A stretch of DNA of 64,000 bases, from positions 46,564,001 through 46,628,000 of the forward strand of contig CM059432.1 in the NCBI GenBank assembly GCA_030390025.1. The letters run 5' to 3'. Shown piece after piece: positions 37,003 to 48,827 of this stretch. The notes below the pieces were generated by a model. It saw only the letters and a program-made list of their open reading frames with translations, did no database searches and had not been told where the DNA came from. How positions within the stretch are numbered: position 1 is the first letter of the stretch; the number at the start of each line of letters is the position of its first letter. The stretch comes from Squalus acanthias (lineage: Eukaryota). The position numbers and the translations under genes were made by a program.

Positions 37003-39770
37003 ATAGAATCATAGAAAGTTACAGCACGGAAGGAGGCCATTTCGGCCCATTGTGTCCGCGCCGGCCAACAACGAGCTATCCAGCCGAATCCCACTTCCCA
37101 GCTCTTGGTCCGTAGTCCTGTAGGTTAGAGCATCCCAAGTGCACATCCAAGTGCTTTTTAAAATGTGGTTAGGGTTACTGCCTGTACCACCCTTTCAGGT
37201 AGTGAGTTCCAGACCCCCACAACCCTCTGGGTGAAGAAATTTCCCCTCAAATCCCCTCTAAACCTTCCACCAATTACTTTAAATCTGTGCCCCCTGGTTT
37301 TTGATCCCTCTGCTAAGGGAAATAGGTCCTTTCTATCCACTTTATCGAGGCCCCTCATAATTTTATACACCTCAATAAGGTCTCCCCTCAGCCTCCTCTG
37401 TTCCAAAGAAAACAAACCCAGCCTATCCAGTCTTTCCTCATAGCTAAGATTCTCTACTCCCGGCAACATCCTTGTAAATATCCTTTGCACCCTCTCTAGT
37501 GCCATCACATCTTTCCTGTAATGTGGTGACCAGAACTGCATGCAGTACTCTAGCGGAGGCCGAACTAGTATTTTATACGGTTGAAGCATAACCCCCCTGC
37601 TCTTGTATTCTATGCCACGGCTAATAAAGGCAAGCATTCCGTATGCCTTCTTAACCACCTTATCTACTTGGCCGGCTACCTTCAGGGATCTGTGGGCATG
37701 CACTCCAAGGTCCCTTTGTTCCTCTACGCTACTCGGTGCCCTACCATTTTAATGTGTATTCCCTTTCCTTGTTAGCCCTCCCCAAATGCATTACCTCACA
37801 CCTCTCCGGATTGAATTCCATTTGCCACTGTTCTGCCCACCTGACCAATTTATTGATATCTTCCTGCAGTCTACAGCTTCCTTCTTCAATATCAACCACA
37901 CAGGTGATTTTAGTATCATCTGCAAACTTCTTAATCATACCCCCTATATTCAAGTGTAGATCATTGATATATACCACAAAAAGCAAGGGACCTAGTACTG
38001 AGCCCTGCAGAACCCCACTGAAAACAGCCTTCCAGTCACAAAAACACCCATCAACCATTACCCTCTGCTTCCTGTCTCCGAGACAGTTTTGAATCCAACT
38101 TGAAACTTTGCCCTGGATCCCATGGGCTTTTAACTTCGTGACCAGTCTGCCATGTGGAACCTTATCAAAAGCCTTACTAAAGTCCATGTACACTACATCA
38201 AATGCACTACCCTCATCTACCCTCCTTGTTACCTCCTCAAAAAATTAAATCAAGTTTGTCAGACACGACCTTCCCTTAACAAATCCGTGCTCACTATTCT
38301 TGATTAATCCGTGTCTTTCTAAATGAAGATTTATCCTGTCCTTCAGAATTCTTTCCAATAATTTTCCCACCATCGAGGTTAGGCTGACTGGCCTGTAATT
38401 ACTCGGTCTATCCTTTTCTCCCTTTTTAAACAAGGGCACCACATTAGCAGTCCTCCGGCACCACACCTGAAGCCAGAGAGGATTGGAAAATGATGGTCAG
38501 GGCCTCTGCTATTTCCTCTTTTGCTTCCCTTATCATTTCATCCGGGCCTGGGGATTTATCCACTTTTAAAGCTGCTAAACCCCTTAATACTTCCTCTCTC
38601 ACTGTTTATTTCATCTAATATTTCACACTCCTCCTCCCTGATAGCAATGTCTGCTTCGCCCCTCTCCTTTGTGAAAACAGATGCAAAGTATTCATTAAGA
38701 ACCCTACCGACGTCTCCCGCCTCCACACACAGATTACCCTCATGATCTCTAATAGGCTCTACCCTTTCTTTAGTTATCCTCTTACTCTTAAAATATTTAT
38801 AAAACATCTTTGGGTTTTCCTTGATTTTACTTGCCAAGAATTTTTCATGCTCTCTTTGCTTTCCTAATATCCTTTTTAATTGCACTCCTGCACTCCTCTA
38901 AAGATTCTGCAGTATTTAGCCCTCGGTATCTGTCATACGCCTCCCTTTTTTTCTTTATGTATGTCCCTAGACATCCAGGGGGCTCTAGATTTGTTAGTCC
39001 CACTTTTTTTTTTATTAAGGGCACATGTTTGGTCTGAACCGTCCGGATCTCCTCCTTGAATGCCTCCCACTGCTCTGACACTGATTTACCTTCAAGTAGC
39101 GGTTTCCAGTCCACTATGGCTAAATCCCCTCTGAACTCAGCAAAATTTGCTGTTCCCCAATTTAGAATTTTTATTCCTGGTCTATCCTTGTCCTTTTCTA
39201 AAACTACCTTAAATCTAACAGATATATGGTCACTAGCACCAAAATGCTCCCCCACTGATACGCCTTCTACCTGCCCAGCTTCATTCCCTAAAACTAAGTC
39301 CAGAACCACCCCCTCCCTTGTTGGGCTTGCTACATACTGGCTAAGATAGTTCTCCTGGATGCATTTTGGGAATTCCACACCCTCTATACCCTTCACACTA
39401 ATTTTTTCCCAGTTAATATTGGGGTAGTTGAAATCCCCTACTATTACTGCCCTATAGTTTTTGCACCTCAGAAATTTGTCTACATATTTGTTCTTCTATC
39501 TCCCTCTCACTGTTTGGGGGTCTGTAGTACACTCCAGCAGTGTGATCGCCCCTTTCTTGTTTTTCAATGCGACCCATATGGCCTCGTTTGATGATTCCTC
39601 CACATATCATCCCTCCACACAGCTGTAATAGTTTCTTTAATCAATACCGCGACCCCCCCCCCTCCCTTTTTACCTCCCTCTCCATCCCTTCTGAAAATCC
39701 TGTAATCAGGAATGTAGAGCTGCCATACCTGCCCCTCTTTCAGCCACGTCTCTGTAATAGCTCTGTAATA
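37003..39770 (-). mobile_element. CR1 LINE (EN-RT to 3' end), frameshifted
   Basis: ORFs 37158-39776 show AITETWL, SDH, FADDTK and WNSLP; peptides nearly identical to 9326-11992. Confidence 0.93.
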
Positions 39771-40130
39771 GTTCATGTATAGAATCTTTATGAATAAACT
39801 ATTAAACTGATTATATTCTGTAGGTTATTTTCATGTAATTCAAACAAGACCTAATATTCTGCTAATTTTGTTTTATTGAAAATCATTCCTCCTTTGCTCA
39901 AATTGCATCCAAGAAGGTATATTTGTTCTTTCATGCAAAAACATTCTTCGCCTCAATAATTTTGAGCTCTCTATTGTGGCAAAATTGCACAGAGTCATCT
40001 TCGAACAAACACATGCATAAGAAATCCCCTCGCCTGCTCTTTGAATACAGTTGTTAACCCATTTATTTTAAACTGGTGAATAACTTTCTTAAAAACAGCA
40101 GAAGAACTTCATCTGAACTTGACGACCATT

Positions 40131-40256
40131 GGGGGTGAACTTCCTCCAACCTTCTCCTGCTCTAACACCCTAACTTTGCTGAAAGTGCGGCGGAAAAAAC
40201 CAGGGTTCCGGCCACCCCTCCGATGAAGCCGGAGAAGCTCCAGGAAATTCACCCCC
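40131..40256. mobile_element. 126-bp Harbinger-type MITE
   Basis: TIRs GGGGGTGAACTTCCT / AGGAAATTCACCCCC; perfect TSD ATT. Confidence 0.78.
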
Positions 40257-40339
40257 ATTGTTACTATGTTGGTATTATTCCTGGAATGGCTCAATTTCCA
40301 CGACTATGACACACAAGTCCAACTAAATCTTGCACACTG

Positions 40340-41120
40340 AGGTGGTTCATTTTGGTAGGAGAAATAAGGAGGCCATTTATTCCTTGGAAGAAACTAAATG
40401 GGGTAGAGGAGCAAAGAGATCTGGGAATATAGATACGTAAATCACTTGTAACACAAGTTTATAAGGCCATAAAGAGTGTGCAAACAAAGTACTGGGGTTA
40501 ATTTCTAGAAGAACAGAATTGAAAGGCAGGGGGGTAATGTTAAATTTATATAGAACATTGGTTAGTATTGTGAGCAGTTGGAGTATTGTGAGCAGTTCTA
40601 GTCTCCATACTAAAAAGTATATTGAACCACTGGAGAAAATGCAGAAAAGATTTACAAGGATGTTACCAGGATTGAGAAGATGCAACTGTCAAGAATGATG
40701 GAACAGGCTGGGGCTCTTTTCTCTGAAAAAGGAAATACTAAGAGGAGACCTACTAGAGGTCTTTAAAATTATGAATGGGTGAAGAAACTGTTTCCCCTTG
40801 TGAATTAGTCTACAAGGGGGCATAAATAAAAGATAGGCACTAACAGATCAAGTGAAGAATTTAGGAGGACCTTCTTTACACAGAGTGGGGAGCATGTGGA
40901 ACTCGCTGACACATGGAGTGGTTGAAGCGGATAGCATGGATGCCTTCAAGGGGAGGCTTAATGCATATATGAGGGAGAAGAGAATAGAGCGTTTATGGGG
41001 GCAAGAAGGGAAGAGGTAGTTAGAGTGGGAAGAAGCTCATATGGAGTATAAACACCAGCATAGACCAGTTGAACTGACTGGCCTGTTTCTGTGCTGTAGA
41101 TTCTATGTAATTTTATGTAA
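40340..41120 (+). mobile_element. Older CR1 3' fragment
   Basis: Degenerate copy of the 11993-12790 family (GTAGAGGAGCAAAGAGATCTGGG ... TGGCCTGTTTCTGTGCTGTAGATTCTATGT). Confidence 0.8.
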
Positions 41121-41499
41121 TAATCTCCTGTATCTGGAGAGGTTTTTTCTGGCACCTTTGTTGCATTCCAGGAATAATACCAACATAGTGTGAATTTTGA
41201 GAGAGATGAGCACATATGATGGAATATTTGCAGCTTAGGGAGAGTTGAGAGAGGAAAGCTCAGAGGCACTTTACAGATTTTAAAATTATTGAGGGGTAAA
41301 CAAGTGCTGAAAGGATATTATGCATTTTTAGTAATGGGAGAGATGCCAAGTTTTAAACTGTTTAGAAGTAATAAATACACACATTGAACACAAATCTAAT
41401 AAACATAAAATTGTTCTTCTGTAAAATTAACTAATGGGCCATCCACTTACTTATTTTTCATGGTCATCAAAGTGAGAAATGTTAGTGCTGCGGAATACA

Positions 41500-41880
41500 A
41501 TTCTTCCGACTCAAAGCAACACTGCCAACGTCAAGCACTTTCAACTCAGGTATAGCATAACTAGATGCAGAGTCAACCTTTATCTACTCTGCACCAACAA
41601 GGTGCCTCAGTTCCAACCTCAGAAAAACACCCCCTACTGCACCGGTGTATAATTTATTTCACATTTACCACCTGTGGCCACTCCGAGTGAGATTGCTCGT
41701 TATTGCTGAACTAGAGCCAGGTTTGTGCAGTAGGCCCATGCCAACGAGGAACTGGAATGAAACTGCCCCAACTCATTTCATATAGGACCCTTAACGACAG
41801 TAGACACTTTCATGCCATCAGTCCAGGCTGGATTTGAAGCCATGTTCCAGAGGGGAAAGAGAGGGTGTAACCCATTGGGA
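41500..41880 (-). mobile_element. LF-SINE-like element
   Basis: Minus strand CTTTCCCCTCTGG...TTCAAATCCAGCC...CCTATATGAAATGAGTTGGGCAGTTTCATTCCAGTTCCT...GTTGGAACTGAGGCAC resembles the recalled LF-SINE consensus. Confidence 0.65.
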
Positions 41881-41896
41881 AAAATGGTCCAACTGT

Positions 41897-44800
41897 AGCT
41901 AACAAGAGAAATTAAAGATAGTATTAGATTAAAGGAAAAGGCTTATAATGTTGCCAAAAAGAGTAGTAAGCCTGAGGATTGGGAGGATTTTAGAATTCAG
42001 CAAAGGAGGACCATGAAATTGATAAAGAAAGGGAAAATAGAATATAAGAGTAAACTAGCAAGAGACATAAAAACAGACTGTAACAGCTTCTATAGGTATG
42101 TAAAAAGGAAAAGATTAGCGAAAGTAAACATGGGTCCCTTACAGGCAGAGACAGGAGAAATTATAATGGGGAATAAGGAAATAGCTGTGAAATTAAACTT
42201 TGGGCTGGATTTTACTTACCGAGACAAGTTGGGGGCGGGACTGCTGCCTTCCAGGTTCTAGTCCCACCCCCAGTGATGTCCGATGCACAGATACTATTTT
42301 CCCCTGATTGGCCTTGTAAAGCCCATCCTGGCCAATTAAAGGAAAGCCGGTGTCAGATGACATCAGTTGATGACGCTTCATCTGCCGGTTTTCTTCCTCT
42401 TTTAATGTAAACCAATCAATTATCTGTAACTAAATAAAACTTTAAAGGAAACTTAACAAATCAAATTAAAATTTGGTAGTCCGGGGTGACGATGCACTCC
42501 AGCCCCCGCGGCGCCCACCGGTCGCGGAAAAACTCAAGCGTGCCGCTGCCGGTTTTCTTAAAGGGACATGAAACATTTATTTTTGACAGATGATATGACA
42601 GTGTTTGACAGCATTAAGGTGCTGTCAAACACTGACAATCACTGTACAAAGGTGAGCCCTTGTACCCAGGCTCTCCAATAACTCTCTCCTTAGGATAAAA
42701 CAGATGGCAGCTGCAGGTGACGGTACAGAAGCGATCTGTCACTTCTCCCGATGAGGTGAGGCCACACAAACACTTCAAAGCTTGTCATCTACAGAAGAAT
42801 CTAAACGCATTAAAAATGACTTTCCCAACATTTCCTTACCTCTGATACTCACCAGTGTCCCATTGCATCTTCACACCACTCCTGCAACTGTCATCTATAC
42901 ACAAACATTACAACAGACCCACAGCCCCACTTAACCTGGCGGGGTTCCCCAATGTCGGGAAGCCCACAGCAGAAGTCGCAAAATGGGAAAAAGCCTCTTA
43001 ACTGCCTGTTAACTATCTGTTAACAGGCAGTTAAGTGGCGATAATCCTCTTCCCATCGCCAGGGGTTGGGTCCCTGCGCAAATCGGGGACCCGACTCCCG
43101 GGAAGATTCGTTGGAGGCGGGTTGGGAACGGGTTCGGGACTCGCTCCGATTCTTTTTGATTTTCCCAGCAGTCCTGCCTCAAACCCTGCCTCCTCAGGGC
43201 TGGTAAAATCCAACCCTTTGCGTCTGTCTTCATGGAAGAAGACACAAAAAACCTTCCGGAAATAATGGAGAACCAAGGGTCCAGTGAGAATGTGGAACTG
43301 AAACAAATTAGTATTAGTAAAAAAATAGTACTGGAGAAATTAATGGGACTGAAAGCCAATAAATCCCTTGGACCTGATGGCCTACATCCTAGGGTTTTAA
43401 AAGAGGTAGCTCTACAGATAGTGGATGCATTGGTTGTCATCTTCCAAAATTCCATAGATTCTAGAATGGTTCCCGCGGATTGGAAGGTCGCAAATGTAAC
43501 TCCACTATTTAAGAAAGGAGGGAGAGAGAACTACAGACCAGTTAGCCTGACATCAGTAGTAGGGAAAATGCTAGAATCTATTATTAAGGATGTAGTAAAA
43601 GGGCACTGAGAAAATAATAATAGGATTGGGCAGAGTCAACACGGATTTATGAAAGGGAAACCTGTTAGAGTTTTTTGAGGTTGTAACTAGCAGAATAGAT
43701 AAGGGGGAAGCAGTCGATGTGGTGTATTTGGATTTTCAGAAGGCATTCGATAAGGTGCCACACAAGAGGTTATTAAACAAAATTAGGGCTCATGGGATTG
43801 GGGGTAATATACTAGCATGGATTGAGGGTTGGTTAACAGACAGAAAACAGAGAGTAGGAATAAACGGGTCATTTTCGGGTTGGCAGGCTGTAACTAGTGG
43901 GGTACCGCAAGGATCAGTGCTTGGGCCTCAGCTATTCGCAATCTACATCAATGATTTGGATGAGGGGACCAAATGTAATATATCCAAGTTTGCTGATGAT
44001 ACAAAGCTAGGTGGGAATGTAAGTTGTGAGGAGGATGCAAAGAGGCTTCAAAGGGATATAGACAAGCTAAATGAGTGGGCAAGAACATGGCAAATGGAAT
44101 ATAATGTGGAGAAATGTGAAGTTATCCACTTTGGCAGGAAAAATAGAAAAGCAGAGTATTTTTTAAATGGTGAGAGATTGGGAATTGTTGGTGTTCAGAG
44201 GGACCTGGGTGTCCTTGTACACAAATCACTGAAAGTTAACATGCAGGTACAGCAAGCAATTAGGAAAGCAAATGGTATGTTGGCCTTTATTACAAGAGGA
44301 TTTGAGTATAAGAGTAAAGACGTCTTACTGCAATTATATAGGGCCCTGATGAGACCACACCTGGAGAATTGTGTACAGTTTTGCTCTCCTTACCTAAGGA
44401 AGGCTATACTTGCCATAGAGGGAGTGCAACAAAGAGTCACCAGACTGATTCCTGGGGTGGGGGGATTGTCCTATGAGGAGAGATTGAGTAGACTAGGCCT
44501 ATATTCTCTAGCGTTTAGAAGAATGAGAGGTGATCTCATTGAAACATACAAAATTCTTACAGGGCTTGACAGGGTAGATGCAGGGAGGATGTTTCCCCTG
44601 GCTGGGGAGTCTAGAACCAGGGGTCACAGTCTCAGGATAAGGAGGGGTCGATCATTTACGACTGAGATGAGGAGAAATTTCTTCACTCAAAGAGTGGTGA
44701 ATCTTTGGAATTCTCTACCCCAGAGAGCTGTGGAGGCTCAGTCGTTGTGTATATCCAAGACAGAGATCGATAGATTTTTGGATGTTAAGGGAATCAAGGG

Positions 44801-44920
44801 ATATGGGGATAGTGCAGAAAAGTGGAGTTGAGGTAGAAGATCAGCCATGATCTTATTGAATGGCGGAGCAGGCTCGAGGGGCCAAATGGCCTACTCCTGC
44901 TCCTATTTCTTATGTTCTTG
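41897..44920 (+). mobile_element. CR1 LINE ORF2 3' two-thirds, split by a Harbinger derivative
   Basis: ORFs 42013-42261, 43232-43609 and 43719-44831 (RT motifs); 3' UTR and TTCTTATGTTC tail. Confidence 0.93.
42202..43216. mobile_element. Non-autonomous Harbinger-type element (1015 bp) inserted in CR1
   Basis: TIRs GGGCTGGATTTTAC / GTAAAATCCAACCC; TSD TTT; CR1 reading (KLN|FASVF) resumes after it. Confidence 0.87.
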
Positions 44921-45769
44921 CCCAGATTCCCCAGGACATGCACATCATTTTCATTCCACCGTATAGGTATTCTTTATGGATTCATTTTCATACATCTCGT
45001 CCCCCAAAATATTGTGACTGCTAAATATATAATAACATAATAGCAAAGGGCAAAATTGAAATGTATAAAACTGAAAAGGCACAGAAAGTTCAAAACCTTC
45101 TTCAGTTCAAAACTTCCGTGAATCTTCCTCATCTGTTGATATGCTAATGTAACTCTAAGCTGTTAACTCTCCAAGAAAACTCTTAATAGATTTTTTTTTA
45201 CCTTAATAAACAGAGTTAGTTCAAGCAAGAGGGATTTCGGAATCTTTATATTAGGACCACTGATCTAATTGACCCTGTTTTGAACCCCAGGGAAACAAAG
45301 AAAAAAGGTTGATCTTTACTGCCAAGTTCTGTGTCTTACCACAACATAAAACTGTAGGATAAAGAAATGGACAAACTTCTTAGGCCCACATTAGATTAGT
45401 AAAATAGAACACTACTGAAAAAGAAATTGGCATGAAGCACATACAGGCATTCATAATGAGGGGCGCCAATACAGTTTCCTTCACCCAGACACACAAACAC
45501 AGACATTGTCTTGAAATGTTGTCAAATTGATGGGAGCAAAATATTAGGAGCAAAATTCCGTATGCCAGAAATTTATCTAACTGTAAAACAATACTTGGAA
45601 ATGGCTGTGATGTTCATCCTTAGATGACAAGTTTCCAACACCTTTTGGAAACAGGGTGCCGAAGGTCTCAGAGAAACATCAACTAAGGTGATATCTTCCT
45701 GACCTCTCACCATCTTCTACAAGTAGTGAGAATAGCATTGACCTGGCTGAGAGAACTAGTCAATGTATT

Positions 45770-46231
45770 TTTTTGAATTTTTTTAACAGGTATATCTTTT
45801 TTAGAGACTTTAAAGACAGGTAAGTTTATTTTTATAACTTTTTAAAAGATTTTAAATTTTTTCAAAAATTTTAATTTTTTATTTAAAATGGTTAATTTAT
45901 TTAACTATACTTATTTTATTATTGTGATGGTTTTTTTTTAAATTTAATTGAGGTTTAGCTGTTATTTTGGGGGGGTGTAAGATTCATAGATTTCACAGCA
46001 CGTATGTGAAACTTATGAATGGAAGATGGTGTGCTGCCATTGGCTCTAACTGAGTCATGTGATCCCACAGCTCGCACAAATTCACTACGCCGGTGGGATA
46101 CGCAAGCACTGCCCAGCTGATGTCTGGAACATCAAGTTCGTGCGAGCTGGATCTGAAAAAGCACAAGCGGAGTGAGAGATCGCGGGGAAGCCTTACCCCC
46201 GCGGGAACAGAGCGAGATCAATTTCTGGGCC
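45770..46231. mobile_element. Partial copy of the 15114-15876 element
   Basis: High similarity to about 15415-15876, ending AATTTCTGGGCC. Confidence 0.85.
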
Positions 46232-46761
46232 AATATCCTTCTATAAGTGAACCAATTTCTCGAACAGCACTGAGTTTTATCTGAGTTAATAATAGAGGAT
46301 TAGAATATGCAGCAAAGTGGTTATTTTGTAATTTCACATTCTGTGCAACTACTGACTGAGATTTCTTCTCCTGTAAGTTAGGAAAAGGCTGTTTTACACT
46401 GACTCCTATATAGGTGCTGACAACTCAGAGACATCGGGGGTGAAATTGGGTATCGCCCCGTTTGGGGAGCTACCTTTTGAAATTTTGGAAATTTAGCGCC
46501 AGGCGCTAAGGATCCTGAACATCTACTAAATTGGGTGTTGGCGCCCCAGGAATGAAGTGGGGTGCTAAATCAAGCGCTAATGACCTCAGTGGGTTGCTAC
46601 AGGGGCGCTACCAGCAGCACGCTAATGAATTTCAGGTGCAATGCATTCAGCAATAATCCTTCACACTGGTTCCTTCCAGTTCTTAAAGGGGAGGTTGCAT
46701 CATTGTGCAGATGCTCATTTTCATCATTGCTGGCTTTGAGGTGACCTGCGAGCAAGTGGCT

Positions 46762-48790
46762 ATGGCTGTTCCCACTCCCAGCGAGAGAGCTCGTGGTTCA
46801 CAGATGTGGCATTGGAGGCATTGGTGGCTGGAGTGGAGCGAAGGAGGGCAATGCTGTTCCCGGACACTGGAAGGAGGCCATCGCCTCAGGTGTTCAGGGC
46901 AATGTGGAAGGAAGTGGCCCAGGAGGTCTCGGCCAGTAGTGTGGTGGAACGCAGCTTGACACAGTGCCACAAGAAATTCAATGACCTCAGTCGGGTGGTC
47001 AAGGTGAGTACATGCTTCAACAGCTCCGACATGCCAGCATCTGAACCTCAGTCTGTGCACACTGCACAACCAACCACACCGCCACCACTCACCCACCAAA
47101 CATCTTCACCTACTCAAACTCACATCCACATCTCACGCCTTGCCTACAATCACAGCTATTCAACAACAGCAGGCATATCTCCCAAACACATAGCTGGACT
47201 CTGACTCAAACACATTTGTTTCTCTTGCAGGCCAAGATAGCCCACAATAGGAGGGAGCAGCAGAGACCAGGTGGGGGTGATGCACAGCTCCAGCAGCTCT
47301 TAGACCTTAAGGAGTGAGTGCTGCGACTCGTTGGGCAGCAGGTGGTGGGCGCCGCGGCCGTCGGTGACGTCGACCCTGTTGGGGGCATAAACGGTATCTT
47401 CAGCCCCTCTCCTTCTCTCATCCAACTTCCCCCTCACACCACAAACCTTTCTCACTATTCACCTCCTGAGAATGTCTGCATTCCTTGCTCACTTCCTGCC
47501 CCCCTGCCCTCACCTTAACGCAAGTCTTGTGCCTTTATGCTTTCAGAGAAACAGCAACCAGATTTCCAGCCTATCCCTGAGCCTCCCAGTGAGAGTGAGG
47601 AAGGAGAAGAGGAGGAGGAGCAAAACACCGCGTCACTGCATCTCTCACCCACAGGCACCACCTCAGATACTGGCACTACGCGATCTTTAGAGGCAAGTTT
47701 AGTAGAGGGGACTGCACTGGGTGATGCACCGGGAACAAGCAGGCTTCAGCAAGGCCAGGGGGAAAGGGTAGCTCGGGTGCCAGCTCCTCGGAGGGCGAGT
47801 TCGCGCGTGAGTTCTGCTGCACAGGACTCAGATGAGGACCTCGATGGGGAGGCGTTCACAAGAAGGGTGATGGCCATGCACACTGAGATGATAGGTGCAA
47901 TGACAAGGGTGCCCGAGAGCCTGTCAGCACAGGTAAGGAGCGTGGAGGAGTTCGCCTCTAACATTGCACAGAGCTCTGCTCACTCCATGGAGCCCATCAT
48001 TTCCACTGTGCAAAGGATAGTGGACTCCCAGAGAGACCATGCGGATCCAGACCTCATGACGCGTGTCATGGGTGATGTGGCAGCTTCCATTGCAGCACAG
48101 GCGGAAGCGACGCAACGTCTTAGTGCTGTCATGCAGTCAATGGTTGCTGCCATCGAATCTCAGACTGCTCTGATGCAGCCTCAGCTTGATGCCATGCAAG
48201 CTCTGACTGCTGCCATTGTCGCTGGGCTCCACCACAGTCCACTAGGGATCTCACAGTTTGCAGCAGGCCAGAAATCTGTGCTCCAGCAGATTGCTAGGGA
48301 TGCTGAGGTGCTGCCCTGGGAGAGTGGGAGTGGGTCAGTGGAGCAGGAACCTGCTGTCCTCTCTCAGGATGACAGCATTCCTGATCCCACCACTGCTACT
48401 CCGCCATTGCACTTGTCGCTGCCTGTCATCCAGCCAGCCCAGACTGCCGCCGCCCAGCCTGAGGTGGTGCAGTCTACAGCCGGGCCTTCCAGGCTCAGAG
48501 CTGGTCGAGGGCGTCCTGCAAGGCCATCTGTAGTCTCTGGCATCGACACTCAGCAGCCTTCCACCAGCCGTGCTGCAGCCACTGAGGAGACACTACGTAG
48601 GAGCACGAGATTTGGAAAGGGAACTGTAAAGAGGGGAGGCGAGGGTTTGCACAGGATGATTTGTCAATATTGTTGTGTATATATGTGGTTAATGGTTTTT
48701 GATAAATTTATTACTGGAATGTTGCAGATTTGGTGCTGTGTCTCATTTCAGTTCTGGGGTGTGGTGTGGAATCATAAAGTGATGGAATGA
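46762..48790 (+). pseudogene. Harbinger Myb/SANT (trihelix-like) DNA-binding protein gene, 3 exons
   Basis: Exon 1 46762-47003 (FTDVALEALV...WKEVAQEVSASSVVERSLTQCHKKFNDL), GT-AG intron, exon 2 47231-47393, GT-AG intron, exon 3 from 47547 in frame with ORF 47537-48790. One frameshift near 46790 and one TGA at 47315. True 3' end may be earlier than 48790. Confidence 0.85.
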
Positions 48791-48827
48791 TGGCGATGTG
48801 CTCAGCAACCAGAAAGAGGACTCGGAG

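Noticed and set aside
47537..48790. 417-aa ORF as a standalone host gene
   Set aside because: It is in frame as exon 3 of the Harbinger Myb gene and lies inside the TIRs.
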